Program-made: the position numbers and the translations under genes
Notes under the pieces: generated by a model
What the model was told of the DNA's origin: nothing
The model's input: the letters and a program-made list of their open reading frames with translations, nothing else
Databases searched by the model: none
Source of the DNA: Myxococcota bacterium
GTDB taxonomy: Bacteria; Myxococcota_A; UBA9160; SZUA-336
Direction of reading: 5' to 3'
Length of the DNA: 64,000 nt
Assembly (NCBI GenBank): GCA_965247115.1
Contig: CBDFGR010000001.1
Location: 160,001 to 224,000, forward strand
Shown: in pieces, positions 1-10,906 of the stretch
Layout of the letters: each line of letters begins with the position of its first letter
Numbering within the stretch: position 1 is the stretch's first letter

Positions 1-801
1 CTGGAAGGCGCCGATCCGCGCAGGCACAAGGCCGAGCTGGCCAGCCTCGTGGCGTGCGCCTCGCGCACCATCCGGACGACGGACATCCTCGCGATCGAGG
101 ATTCAAGCCGCTTCTGGCTGTGGCTGACCGACTCGGAGCCGCTCGGCGGCGCGGTTCTCAAGCGTCGGATCCACGACCGCTTGCGCGAGGCGCTCTCTCC
201 GTCCGCGACCGAGATCCGGCCAGCGCTTGGGCTGGCCACGTTCCCGCGGGATGGCGAGAGCCTGGTAGCCCTGCGTCGGCACGCACTGGATCGCATCCGC
301 ATGGCCCGGACCAGCATCGTTCGCGATCTCGGCATCGAGGCGGATACCTCACTCGCGGTCATCGTCGAGCGCCTGCGCGAGCAGGCGACCACGGTGTCCG
401 GCGAGGTCGTGTCGGAGGCCGCGGACCTGCTGGTCGGCGAGCTGAGCTGCCGGCCTCGAGACCAGGGGCTCTTGTTCTTCGCACCGGGGCAGGACTCGGC
501 GGCGTTCCTGCGGCCCCTGATCGCCCTTGGAGAGGCCGATGTGGCGACGGATGTGTTTCTGGCCACGGATGAGGACACGCTGCCCGCAGGCTCCGTGGTG
601 AGTGCCCTGGGGCTGCCACCCCAGGTCTCCGCGGACACGAGCTGGATCGTGCGCTTCGGAGAGGCCGCGCCCTACGCCCTGCTGGCATGGCCCCGCCAGG
701 CAGACGGCTCCCGTCCGGTCTTTCATACCTCTGACCCCGTCCTGGTGGAGCACATGACCTTTCGCCTTCGCGCAGAGGTCGGCTTCGGCATGAGGGCCTG
801 A
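1..801 (+). CDS. 5'-partial signalling protein: degenerate GGDEF-like region plus DICT-like C-terminal domain
   Basis: Frame open from base 1; 'LGLATFPRDGESLVAL' resembles the GGDEF-domain C-terminus but has no GGDEF motif; 'FHTSDPVLVEH' is DICT-like; stop overlaps the next ATG. Confidence 0.55.
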   Translation: MEGADPRRHKAELASLVACASRTIRTTDILAIEDSSRFWLWLTDSEPLGGAVLKRRIHDRLREALSPSATEIRPALGLATFPRDGESLVALRRHALDRIRMARTSIVRDLGIEADTSLAVIVERLREQATTVSGEVVSEAADLLVGELSCRPRDQGLLFFAPGQDSAAFLRPLIALGEADVATDVFLATDEDTLPAGSVVSALGLPPQVSADTSWIVRFGEAAPYALLAWPRQADGSRPVFHTSDPVLVEHMTFRLRAEVGFGMRA

Positions 802-2318
802 TGCGGACGTTGATCGCGGACCACGATGCGACCCGCGCCAAGGGCATTGCGGAGGCGTGCCTCGCGCGGGGCATCGTCGTCGAGCACGCATCGCACGGGG
901 CCGCCGCTCTCGAGGTCGCGCTGGAGCGCGTGCCCGACCTGGTGATCTGCCCGCTCGAGCTGCCGGTGATCGATGCCGTACGCATGACCGAGATCCTGAG
1001 GGCGAATCCTCGTACTCGGGGAGCGTGCTTTCTGTTCCTCACGACCGACGAGCTCGATGCCCCGATCGTGATGGATCCGCGAGATGCCGCAATCCCGAGT
1101 CCTTGGGACGTCGAAGAGGTGCTGCGGCATGTCGAGCCGATCCTGGCGCAGAACACGCGGCTCGGAGCCGTGCGTTCGAACAGCGAGGTCTCGGGAAAGC
1201 TCACCCAGATCTCACTGCTCGATCTCCTGCAGATCTTCCAGATGAACAGCAAGACGGGCACCCTGCGCATCTCGAACATCGACGGCACGAGCTCTGGAGT
1301 CGTGCTCGTGCGCCGGGGTCAGGTCATCGACGCAGCCATTCCGCTCGGTGACGGCACCTCGATCAGTAGCGAGAAGGCGCTCTTCCGCCTGCTGACCTGG
1401 AGGGACGGGAGCTTCGAGTTCTTGCCAGGGGAGCCCGCCGGCAGCGCGCGCGTGCAGATGCCGACGCGGTCGCTGCTCCTCGAGGGCATGCGCCAGAAGG
1501 ACGAGCTCGCAACGAGGCGCGGTGACCTCCCGGCGGAAATCTCGCGGCTGCGCGTGGAGGCTCGCAGCGAGGACGTCCGTTCCTGGACCCACGCGGGGAT
1601 CCGCGAGGTCGTGGAGGCGGTGGCTACCTACGAGCGGGTGAGCGACATCGTCGACCACTGTCGGATGCCCGACTATCAGGTGCTGTGCGCCCTCTCGGAG
1701 CTGCTTGCGCGCGGTGTGCTCGCCGTCGAGAGACCTGGCGGTGTCCCGGGGCACGAGCTCGCCGCGGGTGACGGAAGCATTCTCACGGCGTCGGAGCTGC
1801 GCCAGCTGCGCGAGTGGGCGTCCGCCTCACGGCGGACCTCGGGTCCCGTGGTCAAGGTGGCCGTACTCGCCAGCGAGCAAGCACCCCTGGACACGTTTCG
1901 GCGCGCGATGGCGGAGTCCACCGACTTCCTGCCGGACCCCCGCATGGCGCGCGAGCCGAGACGAGCGGGCAGTCTGGGACACTTCCAGCTGGGCGACGGA
2001 CTCAGCTTGAGACTGATCTCCGTGCGGTCGGCTCCCTTCTACGCTCCGCTCTGGGAGGTCGTGACCCACGGGATGTTGGGGGCGATCGTGCTTCTGCCCG
2101 AGCAGGGTCCCGGGCTCGCATCCGAGGCGGAGCGGGGCTTCGCGGAACTCGCCGAGCGGGCGGGTGCCCATGTCTTGGAGCTCGTGCAGAGCGACTCGGG
2201 TGTGGCGCCGCGCGGGCTGCGGGGCGATGCTGGCGACGGTGCCCTCGTGCTGCCCCGAGCCCCTGCTTCCGGACGCCTTGCGGTACTGCGTACGCTCTTT
2301 GCGAGGCTGCTGCCATGA
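801..2318 (+). CDS. Pseudo-receiver + DUF4388 (PatA_N-like) + degenerate small-GTPase-like domain protein
   Basis: REC-like N-terminus with Pro at the phospho-Asp position (DLVICPLELP); 'GKLTQISLLDLLQIFQMNSKTGTL...LLTWRDGSFEF...LLLEGMRQKDE' matches DUF4388; C-terminus resembles MglA/CvnD GTPases. Confidence 0.7.
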   Translation: MRTLIADHDATRAKGIAEACLARGIVVEHASHGAAALEVALERVPDLVICPLELPVIDAVRMTEILRANPRTRGACFLFLTTDELDAPIVMDPRDAAIPSPWDVEEVLRHVEPILAQNTRLGAVRSNSEVSGKLTQISLLDLLQIFQMNSKTGTLRISNIDGTSSGVVLVRRGQVIDAAIPLGDGTSISSEKALFRLLTWRDGSFEFLPGEPAGSARVQMPTRSLLLEGMRQKDELATRRGDLPAEISRLRVEARSEDVRSWTHAGIREVVEAVATYERVSDIVDHCRMPDYQVLCALSELLARGVLAVERPGGVPGHELAAGDGSILTASELRQLREWASASRRTSGPVVKVAVLASEQAPLDTFRRAMAESTDFLPDPRMAREPRRAGSLGHFQLGDGLSLRLISVRSAPFYAPLWEVVTHGMLGAIVLLPEQGPGLASEAERGFAELAERAGAHVLELVQSDSGVAPRGLRGDAGDGALVLPRAPASGRLAVLRTLFARLLP

Positions 2319-2752
2319 GTATCGACCTGGGAAAGTTTGAGCTCCTGCAAGAGCTCAACGACGAGCAACGCGGCGAGCTCGCGCCGCTCCTCGTCGAGAA
2401 AAGCGTCGAGGTCGGAGACTTCATCTTCCGCGTCAACGAGGAGGCCGCCGCGCTCCATCTGATCAGCGAGGGCTCGGTCCGCCTCGAGCTGAAGGGGCGC
2501 GAGATCGGCGAGCTGACGGCGGGTGAAGCCATCGGCGCCGTGAGTCTCGTCGTGATCGGAAACCGGCAGTGCGATGCGATCGCCGCTAGCGCGGCGACCC
2601 TCCTCACGCTGACCCGTGAGGGGTATCTGCGCCTGCGGGCCGACTCTCCTACGGTTGCGCTCGCGCTGCAAGAGGGGATCCTGCGCACCTTCTCCGGCTT
2701 CCTGCGCTGCACCGTGGCCGACCGACGCGCCCCAACGATAGAGGACGCTTGA
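2315..2752 (+). CDS. Cyclic nucleotide-binding domain protein
   Basis: ATG overlaps the upstream stop; '[22 protein letters not shown]...GEAIG...RQCDAIA' is a cNMP-binding fold pattern. Confidence 0.8.
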   Translation: MSIDLGKFELLQELNDEQRGELAPLLVEKSVEVGDFIFRVNEEAAALHLISEGSVRLELKGREIGELTAGEAIGAVSLVVIGNRQCDAIAASAATLLTLTREGYLRLRADSPTVALALQEGILRTFSGFLRCTVADRRAPTIEDA

Positions 2753-2777
2753 CGGGGTCCCGACCTCACCCTACCTT
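2749..2777 (+). promoter_or_regulatory. Putative sigma70 promoter of guaBA
   Basis: TTGACG-N17-TACCTT about 30 nt upstream of guaB. Confidence 0.55.
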
Positions 2778-2807
2778 GCGCCCCCAACCAGACCCGGAGG
2801 CGCTCCG

Positions 2808-4277
2808 TTGTCCAAGGCCCCGCTCCAAGATGGCCTGACCTTCGACGACGTCCTACTCGCGCCCGGAGCCTCGTCCGTCCACCCGAGCGAGGTCGACCTG
2901 TCTTCCCGGCTGACGCCGGAGATCTCGCTCACGGCCCCCGTGGTGTCCTCGCCGATGGACACGGTGACGGAGCATCGGACAGCCATCACCATGGCGCAGG
3001 AGGGCGGGATCGGGTTCGTACACAAGAACCTGACCATCGAGGCCCAGGCAGACGAGCTGGCCAAGGTGAAGCGCTCCGAGTCCGGCATGATCGTCGACCC
3101 GATCACGCTCGAGCCGGAAGAAGCCATCCACGAAGCCCTCGAGATCATGCACAAGAACCGCATCTCGGGCTTGCCGGTCGTCCGCGGCGAGCAGCTCGTC
3201 GGCATCGTGACGAACAGAGACCTGCGCTTCGTGAAGGATCTGGAGCGCCCGGTGGCCACGATCATGACCAGCGGCGAGGCTCTCATCACAGTCGAGCTGG
3301 GCGTCACGTTGGAGCGCGCCAAGGAGCTACTGCACGAGAACCGGATCGAGAAGCTGCTCGTGACCGACGCCCGCGGGAACCTGCGCGGCCTGATCACGAT
3401 CAAAGATATCGAGAAGGCGCAGCGCTTCCCCAACGCGAACAAGGATGCGTTGGGTCGGCTGCGCGTGGGTGGGGCCATCGGCGTGGCCCGCGACTGCCTG
3501 GACCGGGCAGAGGCCCTGATCGCGGCGGGTGCCGACGTGCTCCTGCTCGATAGCTCGCACGGCCACGCGGAGGCCGTGCTTCGTACTCTCGACGAGCTGC
3601 ACTCGACCTTCCCTGACACCGAGGTGATCGGGGGCAACGTCGCCACGGCGGAGGGTGCGGAGGCGTTGATCAAGCAAAGCGTCGCCGCCGTGCGCTGCGG
3701 CGTCGGACCCGGCTCTATCTGCACGACGCGTGTCGTAGCCGGCGTCGGAATTCCACAGTTCACGGCGATCGTCGAGGCTGGCGAGGTCTGTCGGCGGCAC
3801 GGCATTCCGCTCATTGCCGACGGCGGGATCAAATACTCCGGTGACATCACCAAGGCCCTGGCCGCCGGAGCCAGCAGCGTGATGATCGGATCGCTCTTTG
3901 CCGGTACCGACGAGAGCCCGGGCGACGTCGTGCTGCAGGGAGGTCGCTCCTACAAAGTCTACCGCGCGATGGGCTCGCTCTCGGCGATGCGCCAGGGGGC
4001 CAGGGACCGCTACTTCCAGGAGGACGTCGACGAGCTAGCCAAGCTGGTGCCCGAAGGCGTGGAGGCGCGTGTGCCACATCGCGGCCCCCTGTCGAACAGC
4101 GTGTATCAGCTTCTCGGCGGCGTCCGCTCGGGTATGGGTCTTGTCGGCGCAGCGAACCTCGGCGAGCTCGTGAGCCGGGCGCGCTTCGTCCGGATCACGG
4201 CCGCAGGTCTACGGGAGTCACATCCTCACGATGTGATCATCACCGAAGAGCCTCCTAACTACTGGCTCGACAGCTAA
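2808..4277 (+). CDS. guaB: IMP dehydrogenase
   Basis: [11 protein letters not shown] domains, [11 protein letters not shown] catalytic Cys, [16 protein letters not shown] start with GGAGG SD. Confidence 0.98.
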   Translation: MSKAPLQDGLTFDDVLLAPGASSVHPSEVDLSSRLTPEISLTAPVVSSPMDTVTEHRTAITMAQEGGIGFVHKNLTIEAQADELAKVKRSESGMIVDPITLEPEEAIHEALEIMHKNRISGLPVVRGEQLVGIVTNRDLRFVKDLERPVATIMTSGEALITVELGVTLERAKELLHENRIEKLLVTDARGNLRGLITIKDIEKAQRFPNANKDALGRLRVGGAIGVARDCLDRAEALIAAGADVLLLDSSHGHAEAVLRTLDELHSTFPDTEVIGGNVATAEGAEALIKQSVAAVRCGVGPGSICTTRVVAGVGIPQFTAIVEAGEVCRRHGIPLIADGGIKYSGDITKALAAGASSVMIGSLFAGTDESPGDVVLQGGRSYKVYRAMGSLSAMRQGARDRYFQEDVDELAKLVPEGVEARVPHRGPLSNSVYQLLGGVRSGMGLVGAANLGELVSRARFVRITAAGLRESHPHDVIITEEPPNYWLDS

Positions 4278-4278
4278 G

Positions 4279-5820
4279 GTGACGCCGTCCGAGCGGGTCG
4301 TCATCGTCGACTTCGGGTCGCAGTACACGCAGCTCATCGCTCGACGCGTCCGCGAGCAGCATGTCTACTGCGAGGTGGTGCCGCCATGGGTCGAGCCCCA
4401 GCGCATCCGGGAGCTGGACCCGCAGGCGCTGATTCTCTCGGGGGGCCCCTCGAGCGTGACTCAGGAGGACGCGCCGCCCTTCAACGAGGATGTGCTCGAT
4501 CTGGGCGTCCCGATCCTCGCGATCTGCTACGGCCTCCAGCTCCTGGCCAAGCACTTCGGCGGCCTGGTGAAGACCGCGACGGAGCACGAGTACGGCCGGG
4601 CGGAGCTCGAGCTGCAGGGTACGGACCCGCTGTTCGAAGGGGTTCCCGCCAGGAGCGTCGTCTGGATGAGTCACGGGGATCGCGTCGAGCGCTTGCCGGC
4701 CGGCTTCCAGGTGCTGGGAACCTCGACGAATAGCCCCATCGCGGCGATCCGCGACGAGAGTGGGCGCATCTACGCCCTTCAGTTCCACCCTGAAGTAGCG
4801 CACACCGAGGCGGGCACGTGCATCCTGCAGAACTTCCTGCACCGCATTGTGGGGCTCACAGGGCGCTGGTCGATGGAGGAGTTCATCGAAGCCCAGGTCG
4901 CGGACCTGCGCGCGCGTATCGGCGAGGCGGCCGTCATCTGTGGTGTTTCGGGCGGTGTCGACTCCACGGTGGTGGCGGCACTGCTCGAGCGGGCGATCGG
5001 GAGTCAGCTCTACTGCTTCAGCGTGGACAACGGACTCCTGCGAGCCGGCGAGGTCGAGGAGGTTCGGCAAATCTTCGAGAATGAGCTCTCGATACCGCTC
5101 GAGGTAGTCGACGAGTCGGAGCTGTTTCTCGCCCGACTGCGCGGTGTCGAGGATCCGGAGAAAAAGCGAGTGATCATCGGACACACCTTCATCGAGGCCT
5201 TCGAGCGTGCCGCCACGAGGATCCCGGGCGCCACGTTCCTCGCGCAGGGCACGCTCTATCCGGACGTGATCGAGTCGGTGTCGGTCTGGGGACCATCCGC
5301 GACGATCAAGACGCACCACAATGTGGGAGGGCTACCGGAGCGCATGCAGCTCGAGATCGTCGAGCCCCTTCGCGAGCTGTTCAAGGACGAGGTCCGCGAG
5401 GTCGCGGAGCGGCTCGGCATCCCGCGGCGGCTCTCGCGCCGGCATCCCTTCCCGGGACCGGGCCTCGCCATCCGCATTCTCGGAGAGGTGAGCGCGGAGA
5501 CCCTCACCATCCTGCGCGAGGCGGATCGCATCGTCCAGGAAGAGATCCGCAAGGCGGGCTGGTACGACAAGCTATGGCAGGCCTTCGCCGTGTTCCTGCC
5601 TGTGCGCGCTGTGGGCGTCATGGGCGATGCGCGCACGTACGAGCACGTGATCGCGGTCCGCTGCGTGACCTCGCGTGATGCCATGACGGCCGACTGGGCG
5701 GCGCTGCCGCCCGAGCTCCTTGGCGCGATCTCCAACCGGCTGATCAACGAGGTCGCCGGGGTCAACCGGGTCGTCTACGACATCTCGAGCAAGCCCCCAG
5801 CCACGATTGAGTGGGAGTAG
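4279..5820 (+). CDS. guaA: GMP synthase (glutamine-hydrolysing)
   Basis: DFGSQY, ICYG, QFHPEV, SGGVDS, SKPPATIEWE. Confidence 0.98.
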   Translation: MTPSERVVIVDFGSQYTQLIARRVREQHVYCEVVPPWVEPQRIRELDPQALILSGGPSSVTQEDAPPFNEDVLDLGVPILAICYGLQLLAKHFGGLVKTATEHEYGRAELELQGTDPLFEGVPARSVVWMSHGDRVERLPAGFQVLGTSTNSPIAAIRDESGRIYALQFHPEVAHTEAGTCILQNFLHRIVGLTGRWSMEEFIEAQVADLRARIGEAAVICGVSGGVDSTVVAALLERAIGSQLYCFSVDNGLLRAGEVEEVRQIFENELSIPLEVVDESELFLARLRGVEDPEKKRVIIGHTFIEAFERAATRIPGATFLAQGTLYPDVIESVSVWGPSATIKTHHNVGGLPERMQLEIVEPLRELFKDEVREVAERLGIPRRLSRRHPFPGPGLAIRILGEVSAETLTILREADRIVQEEIRKAGWYDKLWQAFAVFLPVRAVGVMGDARTYEHVIAVRCVTSRDAMTADWAALPPELLGAISNRLINEVAGVNRVVYDISSKPPATIEWE

Positions 5821-5859
5821 CCGCCCGGCTAGAATCGAGCGGTTACCGGGGGGAACGCA

Positions 5860-8800
5860 TTGTCGCGCTTCGCGCATCTGCACCTGCACACGCAGTACTC
5901 GATTCTCGACGGTGCGATCGCGATTCCCCGACTCGTCGAGCAGTGTTCCTCGCTCGGAATGCCGGCGCTCGCGCTGACCGATCACGGCAACATGTTCGGC
6001 GCCGTGGAGTTCCAGGAGCAGTGCCGCCGCGTAGGAATGAAATCCATCATCGGCTGCGAGGTCTACGTCGCGCAGGGCTCGCGCTTCGAGAAGGATGCCT
6101 CGACAGGCGGCTTCGACGGGATCAATCACATGATCCTGCTGGCGATGAACGAGCAGGGCTACTTGAACCTCATCAAGCTCGTCTCCAAGGGATTTCTCGA
6201 GGGCTTCTACTACAAGCCACGCATCGATCTGGAGCTGCTGCGCGAGCACAACGCGGGTCTGATCGCAACGTCAGGCTGCCTGTCGGGCGCCATCCCACAG
6301 GCGATTGTGGCCGGGAAGCTCGACGCGGCCCGGAGCCTCGTGGAGACCTACTCCCAGATCTTCGAGGATCGCTTTTACCTCGAGTTCCAACGCCACGGCA
6401 TTCCTAGCCAGGAACTGGTCAACCGGGAGCTGCTCGGCATCCGAAGGGACCTGGGGCTGCCCCTCCTGGCGACGAACGACTGTCACTACCTCGGCTGCAA
6501 CGACGCCCACTCCCACGAGGCCCTGCTCTGCGTGCAGACGGGCAAGACGCTCTCAGACCCGCAGCGCTTCCGCTTCGACGGCGAGGGCTTCTACGTCAAG
6601 GATGCGGACGAGATGCTGGAGGTCTTCCACGACCTGCCAGAGGCGGTGACCAACTCGGTGGAGCTCGCCGAGCGCTGCAACTTCGAGATCGAGACGGGCC
6701 AGGGCCTGCTTCCGGAGTTCCAGGTTCCGTCCGGTCAGAGCGCCCGGGCCTACCTGAGGGACCTGGTGCTCCGAGGCCTGAAGCAGCGCCTGGGTCTCGA
6801 ACCCGCTGCGCCCTTCGGAGAACACCACGCCCCGTACGAGCAGCGGATCCGCTACGAGCTCGAGGTGATCATCTCCAAGGGCTACGCGGGCTACTTCCTG
6901 ATCGTCTGGGACATGATCCGCTTTGCCCGCGATCGGGGGATTCCGGTCGGACCGGGTCGGGGGTCCGCAGCGGGCTCACTCGTCGGCTACGCGCTCCACA
7001 TCGTCGATATCGATCCCATCGAGTACGGGATCCCGTTCGAGCGCTTCCTGAACCCCGAGCGGCCCTCGATGCCTGACATCGACATCGACTTCTGCATGCG
7101 CCGGCGCAGCGAGGTGATCCGCTACGTCGAGGAGAAGTACAACGGCGAGGGCGAAGACGGCCGCCGCGTGGCCGGGATCGTGACCTTCGGAACGATGCAG
7201 GCCAAGGCGGCCGTGCGCGACTGCGGGCGTGTACTCGGCATGCCCTTCGCGGACGTCGATCAGGTCGCCAAGCGGATCCCCGACACCCTCGGCATCAAGC
7301 TGTCGGAGGCGCTCGAGCAATCGCGCGAGCTGCGTGAGCTTCGCGACCGCCAGCCTGCGGTACGGGAGCTGCTCGACCTGGCGATCTCCCTGGAGGGTCA
7401 GATCCGCAATCCCGGTCGCCACCCCGGCGGCGTCGTGATCTCCTCGAAGCCCCTGCTCGAGGTGGCGCCCCTCTATCGCGACCAGCGCTCCAAGGAGGTC
7501 GTAGTCCAGTTCGACGTCCGCGCCTCCGAGAAGGTCGGACTGATCAAGTTCGACCTGCTGGGCCTGCGGACGCTGACGATCATCCAGGAGGCGGTCGAGC
7601 GCGTGCGCACTCGCCATGACCCGAACTTCGACCCCGCCAAGACGGACCTCGCGGATCCGCTCACGTACGATCTCCTGTGTCGGGCCGACACCGTCGGCAT
7701 CTTCCAGGTGGAGTCGCCGGGCTGCTCAGAGCTCGTGTACCGCATGCAGCCCAGGCACTTCCGCGACCTGATCGCGATCCTGGCGCTCTATCGGCCGGCC
7801 ACGCTTCAGTCGGGGATGATCGACGAGTTCATCGAGGCCCGCCAGGGCCGCCGCCAGCGCTCCTACCTGCTGCCGGAGCTGGAGGAGGTTCTCGCGGAGA
7901 CCTACGGCGTGATCGTCTACCAGGACCAGGTGCTGCTCATCGCGAACAAGATCGCAGGCTACTCGCTCGGCCAGGGCGACCTATTGCGCTACGCGATGGG
8001 GAAAAAGATCCCAGAGGAGATGGAGAAGCAGCGGGTCACGTTCGTGGACGGTGCCGTCGCGAACGGTCATCCCAAGGTGAAGGCCGAGCAGCTGTTCGAT
8101 CTCATCTTCGAGTTCTCCGGCTACGGCTTCGGCAAGGCGCACTCGGCGGCCTACGCCCTGCTTACCCACCAAACCGCCTACCTCAAGGCGCACTTCCCCG
8201 CGGAGTTCTACGCGGCGACCATGACAGCGGAGTGGCGCGACCAGGGCAAGCTAGACCGCTACCTCAAGGATGCGGCGAAGCGCAAGATCGCGATCCTGCA
8301 GCCCAGCGTGAACGAGAGTGAGGCCGAGTTCAGCCTCGCAGAATCCGGGCAGGACCTGCGCTTCGGGCTGGCGGGAATCAAGAACGTGGGCGAGGCAGCC
8401 GTCGAAGCGATTGTGGCTGATCGGCGTCAAAACGGCAGCTTCGAGAGCCTGTTCGACTTCTGCTCTCGAATCGACAGCAGGCGCGTGAACCGCCGCGTCG
8501 TCGAGAGCCTGATCCGCTGCGGTGCGTTCGACTTCACCAAGGCAACGCGTGCCTCGCTGTGGCAGGCGTTGCCCGGTGCCCTCGTAACGGGCCAGCGGGC
8601 CCAGCGCGATCGTGAGCAGGGTCAGGGCTGGCTCTTCGATGGCCTCGAGATGCAGGTCGAGCAGGCTCTAGGCGAGGAGGAGGAGTGGACGACAAGCCAG
8701 CTCCTGACCGGGGAAAAGGAGATGCTCGGCTTCTACCTGACCGGACACCCTCTGTCCGACAGGCGCGACATCCTGGAGCGCTTCTCGAGCCACACCCTGG

Positions 8801-9324
8801 ACGCGATTCCGGAGACGGCCCGCGGCGAGGTCTGGCTCGGCGGGCTGGTGAGCGGGCTGCGCACCCAGAAAACGCGGCGCGGCGACCTGATGGCGCGCGG
8901 GCGTCTCGAGGACCTGAACGGCACCATCAACACCGTGTTCTTCCCGGAGACCTACGAGAAGTCCGCCCCGCTGCTGCGCGAAGAGGAGCCCCTGTTCCTG
9001 AAGGGAACGCTCGTCGGGGAAGCCGAGCTCGTGGAGCTCCAGGTGCAGGAGGTCATTCCACTGGCCGAAGTGTGGCAGCGGCGCACGATCCGACTCGCAC
9101 TTCAGCTCGAGGCTCAGGCGGTCACGAAGGAGCGACTCGAAAGCCTGCGCTCGATCCTCGATCTGGTACCTGGTCCGGTTCCCGTCAAGCTCGAGCTGCT
9201 GCTTCCCGGTGGCGCCCAGGCCGTGCTCGAACTGCGCCGCCACCGAGTGGCAATCAGCCCCGAGCTCGTGGGCGAGATCGACGCGTTGTTCGAGCTGCCC
9301 GTGGCGCACTGCTGCCTCGCATGA
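5860..9324 (+). CDS. dnaE: DNA polymerase III alpha subunit
   Basis: HLHLHTQYS PHP domain, GRGSAAGS, PDIDIDF, KFDLLGL. Confidence 0.98.
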   Translation: MSRFAHLHLHTQYSILDGAIAIPRLVEQCSSLGMPALALTDHGNMFGAVEFQEQCRRVGMKSIIGCEVYVAQGSRFEKDASTGGFDGINHMILLAMNEQGYLNLIKLVSKGFLEGFYYKPRIDLELLREHNAGLIATSGCLSGAIPQAIVAGKLDAARSLVETYSQIFEDRFYLEFQRHGIPSQELVNRELLGIRRDLGLPLLATNDCHYLGCNDAHSHEALLCVQTGKTLSDPQRFRFDGEGFYVKDADEMLEVFHDLPEAVTNSVELAERCNFEIETGQGLLPEFQVPSGQSARAYLRDLVLRGLKQRLGLEPAAPFGEHHAPYEQRIRYELEVIISKGYAGYFLIVWDMIRFARDRGIPVGPGRGSAAGSLVGYALHIVDIDPIEYGIPFERFLNPERPSMPDIDIDFCMRRRSEVIRYVEEKYNGEGEDGRRVAGIVTFGTMQAKAAVRDCGRVLGMPFADVDQVAKRIPDTLGIKLSEALEQSRELRELRDRQPAVRELLDLAISLEGQIRNPGRHPGGVVISSKPLLEVAPLYRDQRSKEVVVQFDVRASEKVGLIKFDLLGLRTLTIIQEAVERVRTRHDPNFDPAKTDLADPLTYDLLCRADTVGIFQVESPGCSELVYRMQPRHFRDLIAILALYRPATLQSGMIDEFIEARQGRRQRSYLLPELEEVLAETYGVIVYQDQVLLIANKIAGYSLGQGDLLRYAMGKKIPEEMEKQRVTFVDGAVANGHPKVKAEQLFDLIFEFSGYGFGKAHSAAYALLTHQTAYLKAHFPAEFYAATMTAEWRDQGKLDRYLKDAAKRKIAILQPSVNESEAEFSLAESGQDLRFGLAGIKNVGEAAVEAIVADRRQNGSFESLFDFCSRIDSRRVNRRVVESLIRCGAFDFTKATRASLWQALPGALVTGQRAQRDREQGQGWLFDGLEMQVEQALGEEEEWTTSQLLTGEKEMLGFYLTGHPLSDRRDILERFSSHTLDAIPETARGEVWLGGLVSGLRTQKTRRGDLMARGRLEDLNGTINTVFFPETYEKSAPLLREEEPLFLKGTLVGEAELVELQVQEVIPLAEVWQRRTIRLALQLEAQAVTKERLESLRSILDLVPGPVPVKLELLLPGGAQAVLELRRHRVAISPELVGEIDALFELPVAHCCLA

Positions 9325-10520
9325 CCGCTCTCGGGCTTCGCCAGTCGCTGGCCACGACTCTGGTCGTCGTCCTGCTGGGCGGTCCCGCCGTGGCTGCGGA
9401 GCCGATCTCGGTGGGAGCCGAAGGAGCCGTTTCGGTCAACCCGGGAAGCACGCGTTCGATGCGGGACCGCGCGGTCGCGGAGGCGATCGTCTCCGCCGTG
9501 CTAGAGGCGAGTCGTCGCTACCTGCCGCCGCCTGTCTTCGAGGTCGAAGAGGAGCGAGACGCGCTACGGGAGATGCTGCGTCCGGCGGCCCCTGGGTTCG
9601 TGCTCACCTACCGGGTCGACGGAGCTCCGATCCGCCGACCGCAGGTAGAGGACCCCGATCGCGAGGAGCTGGTCGTGCGGCTCAGCGCCACCGTGGATGG
9701 TAGCCAGCTGCGTGACTTTCTCCGGGAGCAGGGTGTGCTCTTCGACTCCGGGCAGCAGCCATCGATCGCCCTGAGCGTTGCGCCAGCCATCGGGCTCACC
9801 GCCGCACAGGCGGCGGGTCCCCTGGCCGGCTTTGAGCAGTTCCTTCTGCGACGCCTGGAGTCCGATGGGTTTGTCGTCGTGGAGGCGGCCCTGCGGCCCG
9901 CTGGCCTCGAGCAGCCCGAGAACGCGCTGGCCCTGGCTCGTTCGCTCGGGGCGGATCTGGCGCTGGACGTGCAGGTCAGCTGGCGGCGACGCTTGGCGGA
10001 CTCGGGCGTTGTCGGCGGCGTTGCCGACGTCCGTGTACGCGCGCTCCGCGCGCACGATGGCGTCGAGATCGCGCGCTCGCGCTTCGAGGCGCCTGGCTAC
10101 CACCGGGATCCCCAGGAGGCGGTCGTGGGGGCCCTCCAGGCGCTGGGCGAACAGGTCGCGCAGAACCTCCAGCTCCAGCTCGAGCGAAACTGGCAGACGC
10201 TGGCGCGCGAGGATGGCCCCGTGCAGCTGCAGCTCGTCAATCTGACGAGCCTGCTGCAGGCCCACGCGGTCCGGGACGCCCTGGCGGGCACTCTCGATGC
10301 GGAGCGAGTGGTCCTCGTGGAGCTCGGGCCAGGACGCGCCGCCATGCAGGTCGAGATCTCGCTCTCTCCAGGAGCGCTGCAGGACAGGCTCGCGGGGGTC
10401 GCCTTCGATGGGTTTCGGCTCGAGCCCGTCGAGGCGGGCCGCGGCCGCGTCGAGCTCCGGGTCGAGCCGAGCATCGAGCGTCCGGACGAGGCCGGGGACG
10501 AAGACGTCGGCAGTCCCTAG
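9321..10520 (+). CDS. Exported hypothetical protein (FlgT-N/DUF2066-like)
   Basis: ATG at 9321 overlaps the dnaE stop; signal peptide MTALGLRQSLATTLVVVLLGGPAVAA; family assignment is tentative. Confidence 0.6.
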   Translation: MTALGLRQSLATTLVVVLLGGPAVAAEPISVGAEGAVSVNPGSTRSMRDRAVAEAIVSAVLEASRRYLPPPVFEVEEERDALREMLRPAAPGFVLTYRVDGAPIRRPQVEDPDREELVVRLSATVDGSQLRDFLREQGVLFDSGQQPSIALSVAPAIGLTAAQAAGPLAGFEQFLLRRLESDGFVVVEAALRPAGLEQPENALALARSLGADLALDVQVSWRRRLADSGVVGGVADVRVRALRAHDGVEIARSRFEAPGYHRDPQEAVVGALQALGEQVAQNLQLQLERNWQTLAREDGPVQLQLVNLTSLLQAHAVRDALAGTLDAERVVLVELGPGRAAMQVEISLSPGALQDRLAGVAFDGFRLEPVEAGRGRVELRVEPSIERPDEAGDEDVGSP

Positions 10521-10538
10521 GATGGTCTTGTGGGACTG

Positions 10539-10652
10539 GGTCTTGTGGGACCCGGCCGCGGGCGTCCGCGGCCACCAACCTCCGCTCAGGGCTTCGCCCT
10601 TCGCTGCGCGCGCCGCGTCCGCGGCGCTTGCATGGTGCCAAGTCCCGTGGGA
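10539..10652 (+). repeat. Structured dispersed repeat, copy 1 of 3
   Basis: About 110 bp similar to 18777-18915 and to the reverse complement of 39623-39739; several hairpins. Confidence 0.85.
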
Positions 10653-10766
10653 GGTAGCCGGTTCTCCACGGAATCTGCGGTCCTTAGATGGGGAGGCGTA
10701 GCTGGCCGGCTCTGGTCGGGGCTGGGGGGCGATCGGGGCGGTTGGGGGGGTCTCGCGTCGAGGAAA

Positions 10767-10795
10767 TTGACACCCCGGGACTGAATTGATATGGA
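10767..10795 (+). promoter_or_regulatory. Putative sigma70 promoter of the thrS operon
   Basis: TTGACA-N17-TATGGA, preceded by TGn. Confidence 0.5.
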
Positions 10796-10906
10796 TTCCG
10801 CAGCCTTACAGGCATCGGAGTCATCCCAAGGAGGGGGGTCCGGAGGCCGCTAGGTGACTTTCCCGCTGTGCTTCCGAGCCCGGATGAGTTCTCTTGCCAT
10901 GACTCG

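Noticed and set aside
10689..10760. tRNA before thrS (GGGAGGCGTAGCTGG start)
   Set aside because: No TTCRA T-loop and no acceptor pairing
10800..10900. T-box, SRP or 6S RNA in the thrS leader
   Set aside because: No T-box or SRP consensus motifs; too short for 6S RNA
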